A stretch of 64,000 bases of DNA from Burkholderiales bacterium (GTDB taxonomy: Bacteria; Pseudomonadota; Gammaproteobacteria; Burkholderiales; SG8-41). A program made the position numbers and the translations under genes. The notes below the pieces were generated by a model, which was not told the DNA's origin, made no database searches, and worked only from the letters and a program-made list of their open reading frames with translations. Below, piece by piece: positions 58,967-64,000 of the stretch (position 1 is its first letter; each line of letters opens with the position of its first letter). Location: the NCBI GenBank assembly GCA_030833315.1, contig JAURHM010000001.1, positions 50,233 to 114,232 of the forward strand, given 5' to 3'.

Positions 58967-60196
58967 TCAACCATGATGATGCCCCCTGCCGGCGTAGATC
59001 CAGCGCGCCAGGGGCGCCATCACGCCGAAAATGCCGATGCTGGCAAACGCCAGTCCCCAGGCGGTGACACTCTGGTTGCCGCCGGCGAAATCCAGCGTCA
59101 TACCGAACACCAGCGGCGCTATGAATGCGGTGCTGAATCCGAGAAAGGAATACACCGCCATCATCGACCCGCGCATTTCCGGCGGCGTACTGGCCACGGC
59201 CCCCGAAGTCAGGGCGCCTGAGTCGCCCAGCATCGCACCGTAATGCACCATCATCAGCAGCACCACGACATACCAAGGCCAATCCGCTGTATACCCGATC
59301 AGGCAGGCGATCAGCCCGGACAGCGTCATGAACAGGAAAATAATGCGTTGGCGGCCGAAACGCAGCGCCATCTCGTTGCCGGTGACGCTGAATACCGGCC
59401 CCAATACGTTGATCATCGCCGCCAGCGTCGCCGCGCTCAGCGCCATCGGCGCATCCGACGGCTGCAAGCTCGCGCAGAACACCAGAAAGGCCACCATCCA
59501 TGAGCGTTGTCCGAACAATTCATAATTGTGAACAGCGTAGCCAATGACATAAGGCAAAGTCTTGCGATTGCGCAAAACCGGACGGAAATCCAGCAAGGCC
59601 GTGGTGTGGTGCTCTGCCGCCCGCACGCGACCCATCGGCACCGCCAGCGTCACCACGAGTCCGGCCAGCAGCGGCCCGACCGCGCCGAACCAGAACGCCC
59701 ACTGCCAGCCCAGCGTGGCACCGAGTTTACCGGCCACCAGAATGGAAACCGTCGAACCCACGCCGAAACTGGCGGTATAAAACGCCGTTGCCCGCGACTG
59801 CGCAGCGCCTTCCAGATGATCGGTCAGCGCCTTGAGTCCCGGCATGTAAGTGCCGCCGAGTGCCGCGCCGATCAGAAACTGGGCCAGGGCCGCGCTCCAG
59901 AATCCCTGGCCCAGTGCGGCAAAGATCGCGGCGCCGATGCTGCCGACAATACAGGCCATCAGATAGATGCGGCGCGAATCCATGCGATCCGTCAGACTGG
60001 CCAGCACCGGCACCGACACCATGTATCCCGCGAACAGGAATCCGCTGATCGCGCCGGCCTCGGAATTGGACAAACCCCAGGCGCGCTGCAGTTGCGGCAG
60101 CAGCGTCGTATAGGCGGCAAAGCCGGTCATCGACAGCGCCTCGGCAAGGCACATGGTGAAGGTCAGCCTCGCCGCCGAATGTTTGCGCATACTCAT
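58967..60196 (-). CDS. MFS transporter
   Basis: 409 aa, ~12 TM helices, two-fold repeat, LTDRMDSRRI loop motif. Confidence 0.85.
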   Translation of the reverse strand: MSMRKHSAARLTFTMCLAEALSMTGFAAYTTLLPQLQRAWGLSNSEAGAISGFLFAGYMVSVPVLASLTDRMDSRRIYLMACIVGSIGAAIFAALGQGFWSAALAQFLIGAALGGTYMPGLKALTDHLEGAAQSRATAFYTASFGVGSTVSILVAGKLGATLGWQWAFWFGAVGPLLAGLVVTLAVPMGRVRAAEHHTTALLDFRPVLRNRKTLPYVIGYAVHNYELFGQRSWMVAFLVFCASLQPSDAPMALSAATLAAMINVLGPVFSVTGNEMALRFGRQRIIFLFMTLSGLIACLIGYTADWPWYVVVLLMMVHYGAMLGDSGALTSGAVASTPPEMRGSMMAVYSFLGFSTAFIAPLVFGMTLDFAGGNQSVTAWGLAFASIGIFGVMAPLARWIYAGRGHHHG

Positions 60197-60199
60197 GCC

Positions 60200-60808
60200 T
60201 TACACCGCCCCCGCATCCCGAAGTAACTTGGCAATGGCTTCAGCCATGCGCCGGTAACCGTCGGCATTGGGATGGATGGGATCGGATTTCAATTCCGGCT
60301 TGTAGAGCACGCTGGTGACAACTTTGCCTTCGTAGGGAATGCCGAATTCCCTCGCGAGTTTTTCATAAAAATCCGGCGTACTGGTGATCAGTCCCGGCGC
60401 CGGCACCCCGACCAGGACCGCATCCAGACCACGGCCGCGGATTTCCTTGAGCATCGCCCGAAGATTAGCTTCGGTGGCCTCGCGCGATCCTTTGCGCAGC
60501 ATGTCATTGCCGCCAAGGCAGACAATCACCAGACGCGGCTGGTGCTCATCGAGCGCGCCCGGCAGACGCTGCAGTCCGCCCGCCGTCTGTTCGCCGGGAA
60601 CACCGGCACGAACCACGCTACGACCCAGCAATCGCGACAGCACCGCCGGATAACTCTCCTCGGCTTTGGCGCCTGTACCATAAGTCAGGCTGTCGCCGAA
60701 GGCGAGCACCACATCCGCCGCCGCCAGCTTCGCCACTTTCGGCGTGCTGCCGCCACAGCCGCCCAGCAGCATCACAGCCATGAAAGCTGCAATCAGCCAG
60801 CGTTTCAT
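60200..60808 (-). CDS. SGNH/GDSL arylesterase (TesA-like) lipoprotein
   Basis: Lipobox LLGGC, FGDSLTYG, CLGGNDMLR, DPIHPNADG. Confidence 0.88.
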   Translation of the reverse strand: MKRWLIAAFMAVMLLGGCGGSTPKVAKLAAADVVLAFGDSLTYGTGAKAEESYPAVLSRLLGRSVVRAGVPGEQTAGGLQRLPGALDEHQPRLVIVCLGGNDMLRKGSREATEANLRAMLKEIRGRGLDAVLVGVPAPGLITSTPDFYEKLAREFGIPYEGKVVTSVLYKPELKSDPIHPNADGYRRMAEAIAKLLRDAGAV

Positions 60809-62427
60809 GCGCGCTTCTCCTTCATGCGACCGCTTTTGAAATCACGGATGATTTCGCGCGCCGCATTGCGCCCGGGCAATCCGGTAACGCCGCCGCCGGG
60901 GTGCGTGCCGGAACCGCAAAGATAAAGACGGTTCACCGGCGAGCGGTAGTCACCGTGGCCCAACACAGGCCGTGCGCTCCACAACTGGTCGAGCGTCAAC
61001 GCGCCGTGGAAAATGTCTCCACCGGTCAGCCCGAATTCGCGCTCAAGATCCAGCGGTGAGAGTATTTTTCTGGCGATCACCGCATCCTTGAAATTCGGCG
61101 CATAGCGCGTCACGGTATCGATCACATGATCGGCGGCCTGCTCGCGGATTTCATCCCAGGACAAACCGTTGGGCAGATCGGGACTGAAGTGCTGGCAGAA
61201 CAGGCTGGCGACATGCTTGCCGGCGGGCGCGAGGCTGTCATCGACCGTCGAGGGAATCAGCAGTTCCACAACCGGCGCACGCGAGCATCCGTAAGTACGC
61301 GCATCAAAATAAGCCTGCTCCATATAAGCCAGCGACGGCGCCATGATGATGCCGGACTGGTGATGCAGCGCAACGTCGCTGCCCGGCAGACAGTTGAAAT
61401 CCGGCAGTTCATTGAGTGCAACATTCATACGGAAGGTCGCCGACCCGCATTTCCAGGCCTGTATGCGCCGGCGGAAATCGGCATCCAGAGCCGGAGCATC
61501 AATCAGCTGTAGATACAGCAGCTTGGGATTGACGTTAGCGGCCACACAGCGCGCCTCGATGACACGTCCGTCTTTCAGTTGCACACCCTGGGCGCCGCGG
61601 GAATCAACGCAGACATTGACGACTTCGGCGCCGGTGTCGATGTGCACGCCGCGGGCACGTGCCTCGGCAGCCATTGCCTGTGTGATGGCGCCCATGCCGC
61701 CAACGGCATGTCCCCAGACGCCGCGCTTGCCGTTCACTTCACCGAACACATGATGCAGCAGGACATAAGCGGTGCCGGGCGCGTAAGGACTGGCAAAGTT
61801 GCCGACGATGGCGTCGAAGCCCAGCGCGGCCTTGATCGGCGCCGACTCAAACCAGAAATCCAGCAGATCACCGGCGCTTTTGGTGAACAGGTCCAGCACG
61901 TCGCGCCGGGCCGCCATGTCGAGTTTTTTGAACCGTCTCGCCGTCCTGATTGCCGACAGGAAGTCGCCGATGCCGCCGCCGACATTGGGCGGCGTTTCCA
62001 GCGACAACTCGCGCAGCACACCAGCCACCCGTTCCAACATGGCGTAATACGCCGGGAGCCGCGCGGCATCGGCCGGTGAAAAACGCGCGACCTCCGCCTG
62101 AGTCGCGGCCAGCGACCCGCCCACTTTCAGGTAATCGGTGTCCGACAGCGGCAAAAAGTTGGAGATCGGCCGTTCCAGGATGCGCAGGCCGTGTTCGGCC
62201 AGCCGCAGGTCGCGAATGACCTGCGGATTGAGCAGGCTGACCGTATAGCTGGCGGTGGAATTACGAAATCCGGGGTGGAACTCTTCGGTAACGGCGGCGC
62301 CGCCGACCACGGACCGGCGCTCGATAACGCGGACCTTGAGTCCGGCGGCGGCGAGATAACAGGCGCAGGTCAGGCCGTTGTGGCCGCCACCGACGATCAG
62401 TACATCGCAGGCTACGGGTGGGGGCAT
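60805..62427 (-). CDS. phytoene-desaturase-family NAD(P)/FAD-dependent oxidoreductase
   Basis: DVLIVGGGHNGLTCACYLAAAGLKVRVIERRSVVGGA dinucleotide fold. 540 aa. C-terminal GSGTHPGGGVTGLPG. Confidence 0.85.
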   Translation of the reverse strand: MPPPVACDVLIVGGGHNGLTCACYLAAAGLKVRVIERRSVVGGAAVTEEFHPGFRNSTASYTVSLLNPQVIRDLRLAEHGLRILERPISNFLPLSDTDYLKVGGSLAATQAEVARFSPADAARLPAYYAMLERVAGVLRELSLETPPNVGGGIGDFLSAIRTARRFKKLDMAARRDVLDLFTKSAGDLLDFWFESAPIKAALGFDAIVGNFASPYAPGTAYVLLHHVFGEVNGKRGVWGHAVGGMGAITQAMAAEARARGVHIDTGAEVVNVCVDSRGAQGVQLKDGRVIEARCVAANVNPKLLYLQLIDAPALDADFRRRIQAWKCGSATFRMNVALNELPDFNCLPGSDVALHHQSGIIMAPSLAYMEQAYFDARTYGCSRAPVVELLIPSTVDDSLAPAGKHVASLFCQHFSPDLPNGLSWDEIREQAADHVIDTVTRYAPNFKDAVIARKILSPLDLEREFGLTGGDIFHGALTLDQLWSARPVLGHGDYRSPVNRLYLCGSGTHPGGGVTGLPGRNAAREIIRDFKSGRMKEKRA

Positions 62428-62456
62428 GGGAACCGGGCTGCTTGCGTGAACGAAAA

Positions 62457-62533
62457 TGGCGCGCCCGAGACGATTCGAACGTCCGACCCCTGCCTTCGGA
62501 GGGCAGTACTCTATCCAGCTGAGCTACGGGCGC
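62457..62533 (-). tRNA. tRNA-Arg (anticodon CCG)
   Basis: Minus strand reads GCGCCCGTAGCTCAGCTGGATAGAGTACTGCCCTCCGAAGGCAGGGGTCGGACGTTCGAATCGTCTCGGGCGCGCCA. 7-bp acceptor stem, anticodon arm CTGCC-CTCCGAA-GGCAG, TTCGAAT T-loop, encoded CCA. 77 nt. Confidence 0.95.
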
Positions 62534-62574
62534 GTTGCGGGGCTGATTCTACCATGCCACCCCGGTGACGCCGT

Positions 62575-62603
62575 TTTACCGTGCATGGCATTGCCGATAT
62601 AAT
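62575..62603 (+). promoter_or_regulatory. candidate sigma-70 promoter of the cytochrome c gene
   Basis: TTTACC (62575-62580), 17-nt spacer, perfect TATAAT (62598-62603), 32 nt upstream of ATG 62635. Confidence 0.45.
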
Positions 62604-62634
62604 TCGCGCTTTCCAGAAGCTCCGGGATCTCGCA

Positions 62635-63453
62635 ATGAGCGAACACCACCAGACGGAACATTCCTCACCGATCAAAACGCCCAAGCAGCTGGCGATCGTT
62701 GTCGCACTGGCATTTATCGTGCCCGTTGTCGTCATCATCGTGCTGGCCCAGTTCGCCGCCGGTGGCAAAAAATCCACTGCTTCGCCCGCTGCTCAGGAAG
62801 AAGCGGTGGCCAAACGACTGAAGCCTGCGGGTGAAGTCATGATCTCTGCCAGCGGCAGTGCTCAACAGCTGCGCGACGGCAAAACGGTGGCTGAAACCGC
62901 TTGCGCGGCCTGTCACGCAACTGGCGCGATGAACGCGCCGAAAATCGGCGACAAAGCGGCTTGGGGCAAGCTGACTTCACGCAGCCTCGAAGCGCTGACG
63001 GCCAGCGCCATCAAAGGTGTGCGCCAGATGCCGGCCCGTGGCGGCAATCCGGATCTTGCCGATGTCGAAATCGCCCGCGCCATTGTTTACATGGCCAATC
63101 AGGGCGGCGCGAACTGGAAAGAACCGGCTGCGCCGGCGGCAGCCCCTGCCGCTGCGCCCGCAGCTGCAGCTGCACCGGCTGCCGTTGCCGCAGCGCCGGC
63201 CGGCAACGATTCCGGTAAAGGCAAAAGCATTTATGAAGCCAGCTGCGCCGCCTGTCATGCTGCGGGTGTTGCCGGTGCGCCTAAAACCGGTGACAAAGCC
63301 GCCTGGGCGCCCCGCCTGAAAACCGGCAAGGATGCGCTGTATGCATCCGTGATCAAGGGCAAGGGTGCAATGCCGCCGAAAGGTGGCAATGCCTCGGCGT
63401 CAGATGCCGACCTCAAGGCTGCGGTCGACTACCTCATCGGGCTGGCCAAGTAA
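62635..63453 (+). CDS. membrane-anchored dihaem cytochrome c (two cytochrome c5-like domains)
   Basis: N-terminal TM helix LAIVVALAFIVPVVVIIVLA. Two CAACH haem-binding motifs, each followed by a MP(A/P)(R/K)GG Met-ligand block. Ala/Pro-rich linker. ATG 62635 inside track ORF 62581..63453. Confidence 0.88.
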   Translation: MSEHHQTEHSSPIKTPKQLAIVVALAFIVPVVVIIVLAQFAAGGKKSTASPAAQEEAVAKRLKPAGEVMISASGSAQQLRDGKTVAETACAACHATGAMNAPKIGDKAAWGKLTSRSLEALTASAIKGVRQMPARGGNPDLADVEIARAIVYMANQGGANWKEPAAPAAAPAAAPAAAAAPAAVAAAPAGNDSGKGKSIYEASCAACHAAGVAGAPKTGDKAAWAPRLKTGKDALYASVIKGKGAMPPKGGNASASDADLKAAVDYLIGLAK

Positions 63454-63482
63454 TCGCGCACGGTCAGCAGGTGCATGACTTC

Positions 63483-63513
63483 AAGGCGCAGCGCTGCTGC
63501 GCCTTTTTTATTT
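63483..63513 (+). terminator. rho-independent terminator after the cytochrome c gene
   Basis: AAGGCGCAGC-GCT-GCTGCGCCTT followed by TTTTTATTT. Confidence 0.85.
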
Positions 63514-63527
63514 GATCTGGCGGACTC

Positions 63528-64000
63528 ATGACCACTTACGCCATCGGCGACATTCAGGGTTGTTACAACGAGCTGCGGCGACTGCTGGACAACGTTGCGT
63601 TCGAACCTTCGCGTGACACGCTGTGGGTCACCGGCGATATCGTCAACCGCGGGCCGCAGACGCCAGCAGTACTGCGTTATCTACGCAGCCTCGGCGACCG
63701 TGCCGCTGTCATCCTGGGCAACCATGACCTGCATCTGCTGGTGGTGGCCGCAGGGGTGCGCAAGCCCCACCGCGGCGACACGCTGGACGAACTGCTGTCC
63801 GCGCCCGACTGTGATGAATTGCTGGACTGGCTGCGCCGCCAGAAGCTGATGTATGCCGGCGGCGGATACGCCATGGTTCATGCGGGACTGCTGCCGCAGT
63901 GGACCATTGCACAGGCGCTGTCGCTGGCCGCTGAAGTGGAAGCGGTGCTGCAAGGCCCCGACTACGGCGACTTCCTGCAGCATATGTACGGCAACGAACC
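63528..64000 (+). CDS. apaH: bis(5'-nucleosyl)-tetraphosphatase (symmetrical) ApaH; 3' end outside window
   Basis: Not in the ORF track because no stop falls in the window. Hand translation from ATG 63528 gives MTTYAIGDIQGCYNELRRLL...LWVTGDIVNRGPQ...VILGNHDLHLL...MVHAGLLPQW. Confidence 0.88.
   Translation, partial: MTTYAIGDIQGCYNELRRLLDNVAFEPSRDTLWVTGDIVNRGPQTPAVLRYLRSLGDRAAVILGNHDLHLLVVAAGVRKPHRGDTLDELLSAPDCDELLDWLRRQKLMYAGGGYAMVHAGLLPQWTIAQALSLAAEVEAVLQGPDYGDFLQHMYGNE

Noticed and set aside
62428-62634. tRNA-Arg as an integration site for a genomic island
   Set aside because: No integrase, no duplicated tRNA 3' end and no compositional break on either side. The flanking genes are ordinary housekeeping genes.

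Overview
GC-rich, tightly packed core-chromosome segment with about 70 protein genes and 1 tRNA. The gene order looks betaproteobacterial; this is inferred from synteny only (pilT-pilU next to yggS-proC-yggT-yggU, ubiE/Tim44-like/ubiJ/ubiB, ccmABCDEFGHI). Left to right: a TPR/GT41 glycosyltransferase (5' truncated), a porin, a YkgJ-type Cys-cluster protein and a GT8-like glycosyltransferase. Then an aldo/keto reductase, a solitary four-helix-bundle (23S-IVS/Avd family) ORF, an FAH-family hydrolase, a methyltransferase and YqaA. Then a 1276-aa DUF3683/FAD-oxidase/Fe-S fusion with a tightly coupled 560-aa unknown protein, HIT, phoBR, DUF971 and the ubi genes. Then a Na+/solute symporter, small membrane protein, DHH/DHHA1, VanZ, MazG-like, 2Fe-2S ferredoxin, alpha/beta hydrolase, NodIJ-like ABC exporter, hemJ, a secreted HIRAN protein, a THUMP methyltransferase and TauE. 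Then pilU-pilT, yggS-proC-yggT-yggU, a PLD/cardiolipin synthase, and rng-maf-rlmH-rsfS-nadD. Then aceEF, a crotonase and phaC, followed by a LiuR-controlled partial leucine-catabolism cluster. Finally the complete ccm operon (including a 52-aa ccmD missing from the ORF track), MFS/SGNH/CrtI-like genes, tRNA-Arg(CCG), a dihaem cytochrome c5 and apaH (3' truncated). I saw no transposase, integrase, phage, CRISPR, toxin-antitoxin or recognisable defence genes, and no convincing new multi-gene system. The window reads as ordinary housekeeping DNA. The most unusual signals are four. (1) The four-helix-bundle ORF is enclosed by a 14-nt stem and tandem 14-mers. (2) An exact A/T-only 13-mer with extended similarity recurs three times, twice inside reading frames. 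(3) The giant oxidoreductase is coupled to an unknown protein with a PilZ-like tail. (4) A gap upstream of the HIT gene reads as an internally deleted ORF. Many long ORFs in the track are antisense shadows typical of high-GC DNA and were rejected.
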